Below are positions 15,495 through 30,400 of a stretch of 64,000 bases of DNA, in pieces. The DNA is from Antedon mediterranea (lineage: Eukaryota > Animalia > Echinodermata). A program made the translations under genes and the position numbers. Location: contig NC_092671.1 in assembly GCF_964355755.1 (NCBI RefSeq), forward strand, positions 372,001 to 436,000, given 5' to 3'. Numbering within the stretch: position 1 is the first letter of the stretch; each line of letters starts with the position of its first letter. The notes under the pieces are model-generated. The model did not search any database. It saw only the letters and a program-made list of their open reading frames with translations, and was not told where the DNA came from.

Positions 15495-18400
15495 TCGTTC
15501 TACCACCAGAACCATGGAGTGAGTGAGCCTCGAACCCCTGCCGTTGTTATGGCTAGGTAATTACGGTTCCACTGTCTTAACCGCTCGGCCACTCACTCAC
15601 TTGCCTCTAATATTGAAAATTTAAACCTTACAAAAGTAAGAATATATAAAAAGTAAAAATAATAATAAAATAATACATACGATTTTCACAATTGATTTCA
15701 TCTGTTCCATTAACACAGTCAGCTTCTTGGTCACAGACCCATATATTTGGTATACATCGACCAGTAACAACACATTGGAAATGGTGAGATGAACAGGTTG
15801 GCGGTGCTGTAATAATTAATAGCAGAATTTAAAACTTTCACTATTATTATAAAATTGATATCACACAATCATTGTAATTATTTCTTTCTTTGAATAAATG
15901 TTGCTAACCCAAAATCAAATCAAAATAAATATGTAAAAATGAAATGTCAAGTTTTCCAACTTACGACAGTCCTGTTCATCCTCAGCTACGCCACCATCTT
16001 CACTAGGACAGTGGTCGATGCCATCACACTTGTAGGACAATGCTATGCATTTTGATGCCTTTTCACATTTCCATTGACTCGGCAAACATGTATGAGTATC
16101 TATAAACCGAAAATAGTTTTATTTATTTATTCTTTATGTGGTTAAAAACAGTAACATTTGACAATTGCATTATGCAAGTGAAGCAGAACAGATCTTTAAT
16201 TAAAATAATGCCCCAGAATTTGTTAATAACTAAGAGATGCAACTGTCACAGAAATGTACATATTGAACTGTCTTTAAAAAAAATCATACAATTATGATTC
16301 ATAAGAAAAAAGTATGATATATACAGTATATATTTTTTTTACCAAAAATGGATGTACTGTATTGCAATGCCTTTCAATATCAATTTTGACTAAAGGTTGC
16401 CTGATAATTCTAAATAATGTGTTTTTAATCAAATTTCTGCTTAATCAAATAGTGTTACTAAAATGGAGAATATTGAAACATACAGCAGTTAAGCTCATCT
16501 GATCCATCAGTGCAGTCATTGTCAGCATCACATAGAAAAGAAGGATTAATACACTGAGCATCGTCTGCTGTAGAACTGTTGCACTGAAACTGACCAGGTT
16601 GACAAAAAAATGGAGCTGCAATAAAAACAAACAAGTGGTAAAAACAACTCAAGTGTAACTGCAAGTCTTACAGGCATTGTATTGCTAAACATAATGATTA
16701 TACATCTCTACCATGTACACATTTGCCTAGCATTATCAATGGTTGTTCAACTCATTCAATTTATTTAGTTATTAATAAACCAATTAGCAGCAAAACTGCT
16801 GAATTATAGAATTATTTAAAACACGTACATACAAAAATGTACAGAAAATAGCCTACAATCACAAGGAGACAGACTGTTGGTGAAAAACAATAAATGCTCC
16901 TGATAGGGTTTATGGTACTGTTGTTTGATGCTGTGTTTTTATTTTGAAGGCGCAATCTCTACTTACGACAATTGTCCGGTTCATCTGTTTTATCATTGCA
17001 ATCATCTTCTCCATCACAGCGCCACCAATATGGAACACATTTATCATTTCCGCACGTGAACTGACTGGCTGAACAGTTAGATACACAATTAGCTTCATCA
17101 CCAGCCAAGTAGAAGTTGTTGGGACAAGCACAAGTAAATTCCTCATTTTGTTTTAATAAACAAAGATTAGAGCATGGGCCACCATCTTCACATGGATTAA
17201 ATGTACCTTTACAGATAATATATATTCACATTAGCTACATATAATGAACCATAGCCAAAATTAAGTACAGTAAAACATTGCAGTATTTGTTTCGGTAATT
17301 TTCAATGTTCTTACTTATTTATGTGTAAACTTAAATTGGTTGTAGATAGGATAGAAGCTGTTTCAGCTATATGGTCCATATTAGTATCATCGATCCATCA
17401 TTTTATACAGATATCTAAAATTGTACTTCTTACCAAATAGTGTACATGAATTATTGTTGGTAATAAAAAAAAACTACAATATATTGCTCTTAATAATAAT
17501 TTAAATCCATTCATTTGATACCTGAAATCTGTCTCAAGGGGTGAACGACATGCAGATCCATTGGTCTGTGACGGTTCGTAACCAACAGAGTCTGATTTAA
17601 ACCAGAGTATTTGTGGGCTTTGGATATCGTCCGGTTTTCCCAATCGCTCCAATAAATCCAGTCTTCAAATAAGGTTATAGCAAATATGTGGGGACTGCTT
17701 TGTCTAATAATTGTCCTCCTTATAATACACAAATAAAAAATACATATTGAAAACATCGCTTTTGTGTAAGGCAATATTAATACAGTATATCTTTTTTGCT
17801 TACTTTCTTACAAAATACAAAATAAAATAAGATGCTTTACCTATTCTCTCCATCACTATTGGCCATTTCAATGCGATCTTCTCTGGCATCAGCCCAAAAT
17901 ATGTAATTAGTTGCATAATCAATGGTAAGACCATTTGGCCAGCCTAACTTGTATGTTACAATTTTCTGTACGTTTTCTCCATCCATGCCTAATACAAAGT
18001 AACATTTGCAAACAATTCATTAAGCTAGCCTTGATCCCAAAATTAATCAAGAAATGTTTGTCTATATAAACAAACCAAACATTACATACCTGCTTTTGCA
18101 ATGTATGGATTTAAACCCCAATCTGTCCAGAACATTTCTCTGTGTGAAAAAAGTAAAGTAAAATATACAATTCTGCAATAAGTCTTAATATGGAAGAATT
18201 CAAATGTTGAATAAAATATCCCTTCTGGATAGGGCTGCCCAAAAGGATGGGGATGTGGGGATGTGGGGATGCCAGTAGCAGGGAGGGACAAAAGTCTTCA
18301 TGAGCTTGAATAGTTAGGCACTTCCTCTGCTGATCTCCAGTTTGAGGGCATCTCTAAAGGGCATTTCAGCAACACCCACCCCCACTATACTGTATAATTT

Positions 18401-21400
18401 AAGGGCATCTCTATAAAGGGCATTTCAGCAACACCCACCCCCACTATACTGTATAATTTAAGGGCATCTCTAAAGGGCATTTCAGCAACACCCACCCTCA
18501 CTATACTGTATAATTTAAGGACATCTCTAAAGGGCATTTCAGCAACACCCACCCTCACTATACTGTATAATTTAAGGGCATCTCTAAAGGGCATTTCAGC
18601 AACACCCACCCCCACTATACTGTATAATTTAAGGGCATCTCTAAAGGGCATTTCAGCAACACCAACCCTCACTATACTGTATAATTTAAGGGCATCTCTA
18701 AAGGGCATTTCAGCAACACCAACCCTCACTATACTGTATAATTTAAGGGCATCTCTAAAGGGCATTTCAGCAACACCCACCCTCACTATACTGTATAATT
18801 TAAGGGCATCTCTAAAGGGCATTTCAGCAACACCCACCCCCACTATACTGTATAATTAACCTTACCCTTTCATTGGATTAACAATAATAGCTCTTGGCTC
18901 GTCAAGGTCTTCACTAATTAGCGTCTTACGATATCGTCCATCTAATTTAGAAACCTCTATGACATCCAATCCCTTGTCACACCAATACAGATTACGCCCA
19001 ATCCAATCAACAGCTAGTCCATCAGGATTCTTTACTCCTAGTGTGTGAATCCCCTAAACAAGTCAAATAAATGAAATTGTTACGACACACATGCATATAT
19101 GTATTCAACAGAAATAAAATGACATTTTTGGTGGTTCTTAAAACAAACCCGAAATTGAAGTGAATAAAAACAGCTTGCCATTAACCTTCCTGTTCAATGA
19201 ACAGCCCTGGCATGTTAGTATTATTTAATTTGATTTGATTTATTCTGATACCATACAAATACAGATAAAAATAACAATAGGTGATCATTTTATTCTAAAT
19301 GATCACCTAACTAGAATTTAATTCGTCACTTTGACGAATTATAGGTGATCATTTTTATCATTTTACTGAAATAAATTTTTTTTAAACATGCACGTACGTT
19401 AACATACGATCAGAAAATGTTGATGTATACCATCCTATTATATTATTATAGTGCTGAGTTGTGCCTATATGCCATACAATATGTACAGATATACTGTATA
19501 TCTATATACAGTGTAGCATAGGTGAAATTACGGGACACACATGTTCTAATTTTTTGGCATGATGATGTTATCAAACTAAACTTTAAGATGACAATTTCGA
19601 AAGATAATTAATTGAGCAAAAAAATTTAAGATTTTGAAAAAAATTTGGCACGTAGAAGCGCTGTGCGCGCTCTTTGAAATGTGTATAACTTTGACGAAAA
19701 ATATGAAAAAACTACTTTTTCACTTCAACTGGCCATATGTTAACGTCACAACATCCGATAGGCTAAATTTTTATATGAATTAATATCTACATTTCATCAG
19801 CTTTCATAGTAAATTATAATCCTCAAGGTAACCTTCAATTCTGAAGAGCTGTAAGATATTCAAATTTACTGCGAAGGTGAAATTACACGGCCTACGTTAT
19901 TCAAGTTTTTACACGTGATGACGTCATTAAAATGAAAATAGTGTCAACTCATGATAAAGATAATTAATTAAGCAAGCTCATACTGAAATTTGTGCGAAAT
20001 TCGAGAACACATAACCAAGATGCGCTCTGTTGAATGTGATAATCTACACAAAAAGATAACAAATCCTAATTTTTAAATTCAAGTGGCCATTTGATGACGT
20101 CAAAACATTTTGTACGTAAAATGTGTACATAAATTCATATCTACAACTCAATGGCTTCCAGAATAAGTTAAAAAAATCGGGGGTCATCTTGCATTCTGAA
20201 GAATTATTTTCATTTTAAAAAAGACCTATTTTTCACCCTTTTCAGAACTTGTGTAAAATTAATGTGCGCATTTTGTCATTTTTAACGTGCTCGTATAGCG
20301 TTATTTTAAGTCGGAACTGACTCAAATTTGGTGAATGTACTAAGGATGGTGAGTAGAAGGAGATTTGTAAAAAAAAATCACATTTTTTACGCTTTTTAAG
20401 TATCGCGCGCGCAAAATTTTTTTTTGCGCAGTAATTCATGCTCTAAATTGATCAAAACTTAATTTTGAGCGTTTTAAATTTTTAACGCGCGATTTCACGC
20501 GCATGACCCTACGTGCGCGTGCGTTTTTATTTGCTAATATTTTACCCTTGGCCTGAAGTTTACGTGTAGTGAATTTCATTAATATGTGATAATGAATTAT
20601 GGAGATATGATTGATAATGTGATTTCGCAAAATGGCGTATAAATGACGTCACGGATGAGTGATCACGCTGGAAAGCTTATTAGGATTAAGTTATATTATT
20701 TGAAAGATATTCTGAAATTTTGGTAATCATTGACATTAAACTTATTGAGATAATTGTTACACAAAATAGTGTACAGAAACAATAAAAAGAAAAAAAATAA
20801 TAAAGATTTCATACAATAACAATAGGTGATCATTTTATTCTAAATGATCACCTAACTAACACAAATTTAAATCATTTTGTATGGTACTAGGGATAGCCCT
20901 CTAAATACCCAAAAGGGGATTTACATCCTGAGGTCAGGAAGAAGATATTACAAAATGCCTTTTTTAAATTTAATTTTAAATTACCTCTTTGTTATTTCCA
21001 TCCATGTCCATCCGACTTATCATACTGCCCTGCTGAGTAACATCAGACCAATACAGTTTTTGTTCCTGCCAATCAAAATCTAAAGCTACTACGTTTGAGA
21101 ACTGCAACTGTTGCGATACGCGGGTATAGGTTTGGCCGTGTACGTCAATCTTGCGTATCAGGTATCGGTTAGAAAAGTAAATCATTGGCTTGACCCCTGT
21201 AGAAACATCAACAGATAAGAAACATTGCATTAACAAAACCAAAAAAACAATCATAGTGTTGTCTATTCCCTGTACACTGATGTGGTCTAGTGTTGTCTAT
21301 TCCCTGTGCACTGATGTTGTCTAGTGTTGTCTATTCCCTGTGCACTGATGTTGTCTAGTGTTGTCTATTCCCTGTGCACTGATGTTGCCTAGTGTTGTCT

Positions 21401-24400
21401 ATTCCCTGTGCACTGATGTTGTCTAGTGTTGTCTATTCCCTGTGCACTGATGTTGTCTATTCCCTGTGCACTGATGTTGTCTAGTGTTGTCTATTCCCTG
21501 TGCACTGATGTTGTCTAATGTTGTCTATTCCCTGTGCACTGATGTTGTCTAGTGTTGTCTATTCCCTGTGCACTGATGTTGTCTAGTGTTGTCTCATCTC
21601 AACTCATTATTACATAATAGTATTACTAAATATAAACTGCTTACCTGAATCTGCCTTACACCTCCTTTTATCTGGCTCCAGGATATAATTTGGAGCACAT
21701 GCACAACGGAAACCACCAACTGTGTTGAAACATTGCTGAGAGCAAGGATACGATGTTGTACATTCATCCACATCTGAAGAAGTTAAAGATATTGAATGTC
21801 TCTTAAAAACATATCATTCACATTATCAGGTGAAATTACACTTTTGTACACATGTATGTATACAACAGGATTGAAACATCACTACATTACCCTGTGATAG
21901 TCAGGTAAACTATTATTAAATAACCCCTACCTTCACATGAATGTCTGTCGTCTGTAAGTTGGTAGCCTGTGTCACAATAACATTCATATCCTTGTAATGT
22001 ATCTCTACACTGCTGTTCACATGGAGATGTCTCTCCACATTCAGTAGTATCTAACAAATGCAAGACATTTAGTTACTTTCAAGGATGGTTTTTGGTCAAT
22101 GACTGGTCAATATAATTAACCAGGACTGTTTTATTTTATGATTATATATGTTCACAATGTAAGATCACTACTTACTGCAGTTGATTTCATCTGATCCATC
22201 TTTACAGTCAAATTTTCCATTACAAACATATGATAAAGCTATGCATTTATGATCATCGGTGCAACAGAATTGATTGCTAGGGGTTTCTGTAACTAAATCA
22301 AAGATTGAAACAAAACCGTGAAAGACAATATTCAAATCGTTTGTGTTGAATATGTACTGAAAATAATCTACAAACTATTACCACAGCCTTCTTCATCCGA
22401 GTTGTCATGACAATCATTGGCTCCATCACATTTCCAACCAATAGCAACACACCTCTGGTTATTACAAGTAAATTCTTCATCTGTACATTCGGTATATACT
22501 GTAAACAAAAAAATACATCAGACTTTGTTGATTTACAGATTTAATTATTGACTTTAATAGTATTTAAGGGAAATATCTCACTTATGTGTGATCAGCTATG
22601 AGCGCTCACTGGGTAAACACAGGGGCCCCGGGGCTTATGGGGGTCCTGAGCAGTGGCCAGAGAAAAAACAGGCATTAAATATATTGAAAATGCTAAAAGC
22701 ACCCGAGACATACAGAGTTAGAGGGTTCCTAAACCAGGGGCCTTAGGCCTGCACGTTACGCTATTGTGTGCGATTGGTGACACGGCCACTGGTAAGTTTT
22801 TTTCTACTTAGGCAAGACCACCCAGTCATAATTATTTTACGTAGCACCCACTTAATGGTATCTTCCTTTTTACTTCTTATAGCAACAATACCACTGAATG
22901 CTATTTATCTAACTTTTCACTTGTTATAGCAACAATACCACTGAATGCTATTTATCTAACTTTTCACTTGTTATAGCAACAATACCACTGAATGCTATTT
23001 ATCTAACTTTTCACTTGTTATAGCAACAATACCACTGAATGCTATTTATCTAACTTTTCACTTGTTATAGCAACAATACCACTGAATGCTATTTATCTAA
23101 CTTTTCACTTGTTATAGCAACAATACCACTGAATGCTATTTATCTAACTTTTCACTTGTTATAGCAACAATACCACTGAATGCTATTTATCTAACTTTTC
23201 ACTTGTTATAGCAACAATACCACTGAATGCTATTTATCAAACTTTTTACTTGTTATAGCAACAATACCACTGAATGCTATTTATCTAACTTTTTACTTGT
23301 TATAGCAACTTACCACATTCAGCATACTCATCACTGTTGTCACCGCAATCATCCTCATGGTCACATTTCCAAGATTCTTGAATACATCGTTTGTTATCAC
23401 AAGCAAATTCACCATCATAACATGTAGTAGCCGCTGAAATAAAAATAAAAAATGAAAGTTAAACAAATGAATGACATTTTCACACTACAGTTTCATGAAC
23501 GTGATAACAATCACTCCTTAATCATTGTGTAAAACAGTCTGTAGTGTGCAAATAAAATGTGGAAATTTTCATTTATTTTTTTTATTTACCTTGCGCTGTT
23601 TTGTATCGAGCACTTTTGTTAATACCTTGCATCAAGCCAAAAACACAGATTATTATAATAATAGTTTTGACACAAGGCTGACTTTAAACAAGTAAAAATT
23701 GCCAAGGAAAGGGAAGACATCAGGTGTTACATACCACAACCACGGACAGGGAACTCATCAGTACCATTTTCACAATCAACATCGCCATCACAAACCCAGC
23801 TCAATGGAATACAAATGTTAGACCCTTCGCACATAAACTTTTCTGGATCGCAAGTCTTAGAATCTGAAGATAACAAATAATATAACTAAACTTACTTTTC
23901 CCAGTCATAAACTGAAACTAAATAAACATATTTTAAAACATTCATATTCATGTCCGTCTTTATATGAAAATTCTGATTCTTATTAAATATATTACTAATT
24001 ACCACAATGATCGCCCTCATCTGATTGGTCTCCGCAATCATTATCATCGTCACATCTCCACCCCTCAGGAATACATCTACCACTGGTGCATTGGAACTGA
24101 TCTTGTAGACAAGTGTATTCTGAAAATAAAACACAAATTACCTCCATAAAAATAAGTTGATTAAAAATGATAGGTATTAAAACTTGTTTATAAAATATCA
24201 TTACATTAGACATGATACTACATATTCCGTTTCACAACAACATACTATGCTGGCATTATTCTCTTGTTCACCGTGTAGGGTAGAGAGTATGCAAAGTGGA
24301 CTACTGAATTTCTTTATTAATATAATACACTGTCATTATTCTTTTGTTCATCGTTTAGTGTACAGAGTATGTCTGATAGCACCACAATCACTTACCACAT

Positions 24401-27400
24401 GAGTCTTGTTCATCTTCACCATCTGCACAATCATTATCCTGGTCACATTTCCATGACATTGGGATACATCGTCCTGATTGGGTACATGTAAAGAATCCCT
24501 CTTCGCATGAAGTAGTCTTGGGCGTTGGTTGACCTTTACAATTAATAATAGAATTTTGTTTTATGAAAATTTGTCCAAAGCTTATCTAGCAAAAACAAAA
24601 TCTGGCCATTTATGAAGTTAAAATAAAGTTAAAATATAATGCTAAGCAGCCTAGACTTACATTGGGCTTCATCACTATTATCTCCACAATCATTTTCTCC
24701 GTCACATTCCCAGGTAGGCAAATAACAGAGAGTAGTGTTTGCACATTCATTTAGAACCATTCCTTCTGGTAAAGGCACTACTAGGCGATTTAATGCAAAT
24801 AAGCCACAATCTGTAGGAGCTGAGAACAACATGTATAAAGTATGAAAGTCAAAAATCGTTTTAATATCACTCATAGGGTGATGTCAAGTGTCAATAACAT
24901 GTTAATTTTATGCAAATTAATGCAGCCATTATACAAAAATCAAGTTTAATTCATTCTTTCCGAATAGTACAAAAAGAAGTCATGCTTGTCAGTTTGGATA
25001 CCAAGTAAAGGTAATAGTACAAAAAGAAGTCATGCTTGTCAGTTTGGATACCAAGTAAAGGTTTTGGTAGATTTCTTATAATTAAACAGAGGTTTCTAGT
25101 GAAATGTTCTGTAGTAATATAGAGTGTCAAGAAAAGCCAAATTAAGTCTAGGCTTTAAAATAACCTCTGGGGTGGTATAATGCATAATTACAACCAGGAC
25201 AATCTCTCATATAAAATACTATATAATCATATTCTTCCATTAGAATAAATGTGTAGTCCACGATATAACTGTCTAACAAGAATATTTCAATAATTTAGTT
25301 TATTAAATTCAAATAAAAAAACTTACGACAACCCATTTCATCACCAGCATCCTCGCAATCAATACGGAAATCACAAAGACGAGAACCATCAATACAACTT
25401 CTGTCTGTACACTGAAATTCCTCTGCAGTACACGACACTAAAGAATCAAATAAAACATACTGGTGAGCTGATCCTGTTTTAGAAAGTGACATTTAACATA
25501 GCTTAAGTGTTAATATCCAATTGGAGGGGCCAGTAAAGGACACTGGTCTTCAATTGGAGGAATCAATAATTGAAAATAGGAAGTGAAATGAATATTTAAT
25601 ACTTACAGCAGTCAAGTTCATCTGATCCATCTCTGCAATCGTTAATTCCATTACAACGATTTTTTGACAAAATGCAACCACCACTGCGGCAAGTAAAATA
25701 TCCCTGCCTGCAAACTCTCATCGCTAAAAAAGCAAAATATATATTTATATATAATCCATTAATCCTTTCTAGGTTATCATTTCACTATACAAATTTTAGT
25801 AGCAAAAGATTATAACTTACAGCAATAATTTTCATCTTCATCAGATCCATCAGGACAATTTTTTAATCCATTGCAACTCGCTTCATAGTCCACACATGCA
25901 CCGTCATGACACGCAAAAGACCCATTGGCACATGATACAGTTTTATCTGTAAATTACAATGTGAACAGCCTTTAAAAATGTGGTAACAATTCAAAAACAG
26001 ATTGTAATTACAAATACAATTGAAGTAAATCATGACATTTTCTTTAAATAAGTCAACAAAATTTCATTTGTTATGATGTACATCCTAAGTATATGATATA
26101 CTTTTGGAGATTTGATTGAAAGCAATAGCATGCCTTTAGGGCACAACAGTTTTTGATGACCAAACATTATAGCATGATGTTTGTACATATCTATACCGTA
26201 ACTATATAAATGTCATGTATCAATGTTATGCTGTGTGTGAATAAATTGAACTTACTAATACATCTGTATGTATCAGACACAATCTGATTGGCTGGACATG
26301 AACACAGGACAAGTCCATACTCATCTGTATTGCAAGTATATTCACATCCTCCATTATTAATGTTGCAAGGCCAAAGTAAGCCTAGTAAAATCAAACAAAA
26401 ACATTATGAATGCAATTCTATTATTAATTGTAATATAATAACACATTAAAACCAATTGACAAGTGACTAAAGCTCTGTCTACACTATCAAAATGACTATT
26501 TTATATCACCATATTTTGGGCATCACTACAATTTTTGGGAACATCACACTTTTTTTGTCAAAATAGTTTGATAGTGTAGACAAAGCTTAAGAAACTAATA
26601 ACCAATACTTTGTAAACTTATTATAAAGCAGTGGTATTGTACTGCTGTATTTGAACAGTAAATAAAGCAGAATGCCTACAATTGTGTAATTACCATTGAT
26701 TAAATTTATAATGAAATATACATACACTTATCTGTATCGTTGAACGCAACTGCTATTCCCATTGGTTGTTGGGGTAGCTGCTTACGCACGACCACAAGGT
26801 CAGCACCAGTGAATTTGTTGACACGTACTACAGAACGGCGCACCCAATCTGTCCAGTAAAGATAGTTTTCGTGCACTACAAGTCCAAATGGATGTACTGG
26901 GTCAGAGGTTAAGACTACCTGTAAGTTTATAATAAAATAAATGTAAGCATGACAACAAATATGTTACAGAATTACAGAAAGTCAAAGAAATATTTCAATC
27001 TTTTTATAGTAGAACTGTACAAATACAAGAAAACAATAGTGATTGGAAGACAAACATGATACCTTTATGGCTATTTGTAATTAAACTGCCTACATGTCTA
27101 TTTACACTTTTATGCCTATTTGTACTTACATGTCTATTTGTACCATCAAAATTACACCTCTCTATCTTGTCAATGCGAGCATCCGCCCAATACAGTTTTT
27201 GAGCAGAGTGGTCAATGGTTATTGAATTAGGAGTTCGTATATTGTCCGTAATAATGCTATGAGTGTTTAAACCATTGGTATGGGATTTCATGATACTTGG
27301 TGCATTCTCATTCCAGTTTGTCCAGAACAAATACCTGACAAATAAACAATTGTCGTTGTTAGAATTTGTTTATTTAAACAAAATATTGATTGATTGAGTC

Positions 27401-30400
27401 TTGAGTTTTTTTATTTTAGTAATTTATCATTACATATTATTACCATTGTATAATTATAAATAAATGTAACATGAACAAAACATAACTGACAAAATATTCT
27501 TTTTAAAAATAGAAATATTGTTTTGTTAAACAATTAGTGTAACCAGGCAAAACTCAACTAATTGGTACAATGTTATTTCTTTACTTTGTGCTTATATTGA
27601 GAATAGTGCCTAATTTGAAAACAACTTACTGAGTACATGGATCTACTACAATTCCTCTGGGTCTATCTTGTGAGGATAGTTGAACAATGATTTCTGGATC
27701 ACTGTTGGACCTCACACGATTAATAGATGAATTACTATAACTTGTCCAATAAATCTCCTGAAATATTGGGTCATAGGTCAGACCTTCAGCTGAACCAACA
27801 CCTAATAACATATTGAAGATATTCGATTTTTCATTGAGTTATAATGGCAAGGAAACAATGATAAATTGTAAAGATGAAAAACCTTAATGCTCTGTCTACA
27901 CTATCAAACTTTATGTGACAAAAAAAATGTGATGTGCCTATATATGGGCACTAACATATTTAAGCATATCACTACCACATAACATCAAACTTTGTCAAAC
28001 TAGTTTGATAGTGTAGACAGAGCTTTAGAAGAAAGCTACAGTGTAAACCTTCACCTTCTACAACGGTCTTATGTCCAGTTCCATTAAACATAATTTGTTC
28101 AATGTTGCCACGTTGTATGTCAGAGTAAAATATCAGTTGTTTATTGAAGTCCACAGCAAGACTGACAGCATTCTTAACATAGTCATTTTGTATTGGTTCC
28201 CAGGCGTTTTGGTACACATTGCTATTGTTTGCCATGCTCAGAGTACGCAGCATATTGCGTTCAGAATAAACAATAAAAGCATTGTAATCTGCACATGAAA
28301 AGAAAAAGAAATATTTTATTTATTGGAAAGTATATCTTATGTTGATAAATGTGTGATATGATTTTTATTTATTTATTTTTTATTTAACCTTATTTATAGA
28401 GGGTGACCCTAAACAGCGTATGCTGACAATCAAGGGGACTCATGATGATTTATGATAAGTGCCTTATAGGTCGTGAAACATCGCTGCTACTACAAGTAAG
28501 TCTAGTTGACTAGATTTGATTGTTATCCAAACTTAATACTACCTAGATGGATAACAATATTCATACCCAATATATTGACAACTAAATTCTATAAAATATA
28601 CCTTCAAATGATATATCCAAATATGCTGATATAATTCAAATCAAGATATTTTAATTTAACAATAAAGAATTGATAATATAAAGTTTTACGTGGCAAGAAT
28701 AAAATTTAGGTTAATAATGGTCATTGTAAAAAATGGTACCTACTTCACTATATAAAATGGTACCTACTTCACTATATAAAATGGTACCTACTTCACTATA
28801 TAAAATGGTACCTACTTCACCATATAAAATGGTACCTACTTCACCATATAAAATGGTACCTACTTCACCATATAAAATGGTACCTACTTCACCATATAAA
28901 ATGGTACCTACTTCACCATATAAAATGGTACCTACTTCACCATATAAAATGGTACCTACTTCACCATATAAAATGGTACCTACTTCACCATATAAAATGG
29001 TACCTACTTCACCATATAAAATGGTACCTACTTCACCATACAAAATGGTACCTACTTCACCATGTAAAATGGTACCTACTTCACCATGTAACATGGTACC
29101 TACTTCACCATGTAACATGGTACCTACTTCACCATGTAACATGGTACCTACTTCACCATGTAAAATGGTACCTACTTCACCATGTAAAATGGTACCTACT
29201 TCACCATGTAAAATGGTACCTACTTCACTATGTAAAATGGTACCTACTTCACTATGTAAAATGGTACCTACTTCACTATGTAAAATGGTACCTACTTCAC
29301 TATGTAAAATGGTACCTACTTCACTATATAAAATGGTACCTACTTCACTATATAAAATGGTACCTACTTCACCATATAAAATGGTACCTACTTCACCATA
29401 TAAAATGGTACCTACTTCACCATATAAAATGGTACCTACTTCACCATATAAAATGGTACCTACTTCACCATATAAAATGGTACCTACTTCACCATATAAA
29501 ATGGTACCTACTTCACCATATATAATGGTACCTACTTCACCATATATAATGGTACCTACTTCACTATGTAACATGGTACCTACTTCACTATGTAACATGG
29601 TACCTACTTCACTATGTAACATGGTACCTACTTCACTATGTAACATGGTACCTACTTCACTATATAAAATGGTACCTACTTCACTATATAAAATGGTACC
29701 TACTTCACTATGTAAAATGGTACCTACTTCACTATGTAAAATGGTACCTACTTCACCATGTAAAATGGTACCTACTTCACCATGTAAAATGGTACCTACT
29801 TCACCATGTAAAATGGTACCTACTTCACCATATAAAATGGTACCTACTTCACCATATAAAATGGTACCTACTTCACCATATAAAATGGTACCTACTTCAC
29901 CATATAAAATGGTACCTACTTCACCATATAAAATGGTACCTACTTCACCATATAAAATGGTACCTACTTCACCATGTAAAATGGTACCTACTTCACCATG
30001 TAAAATGGTACCTACTTCACCATGTAAAATGGTACCTACTTCACCATGTAAAATGGTACCTACTTCACCATGTAAAATGGTACCTACTTCACCATGTAAA
30101 ATGGTACCTACTTCACCATGTAAAATGGTACCTACTTCACCATATAAAATGGTACCTACTTCACCATATAAAATGGTACCTACTTCACCATATAAAATGG
30201 TACCTACTTCACCATATAAAATGGTACCTACTTCACCATATAAAATGGTACCTACTTCACCATATAAAATGGTACCTACTTCACCATGTATAATGGTACC
30301 TACTTCACCATGTATAATGGTACCTACTTCACCATGTAAAATGGTACCTACTTCACCATGTAAAATGGTACCTACTTCACTATGTAACATGGTACCTACT

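Noticed and set aside
18385-18843. 152-aa repetitive ORF (also those at 41602-41919 and 53537-53812)
   Set aside because: Translations of minisatellites whose unit length is a multiple of 3.
21254-23309. CRISPR-like arrays
   Set aside because: Units are head-to-tail with no unique spacers, there are no cas genes, and the context is a eukaryotic intron.
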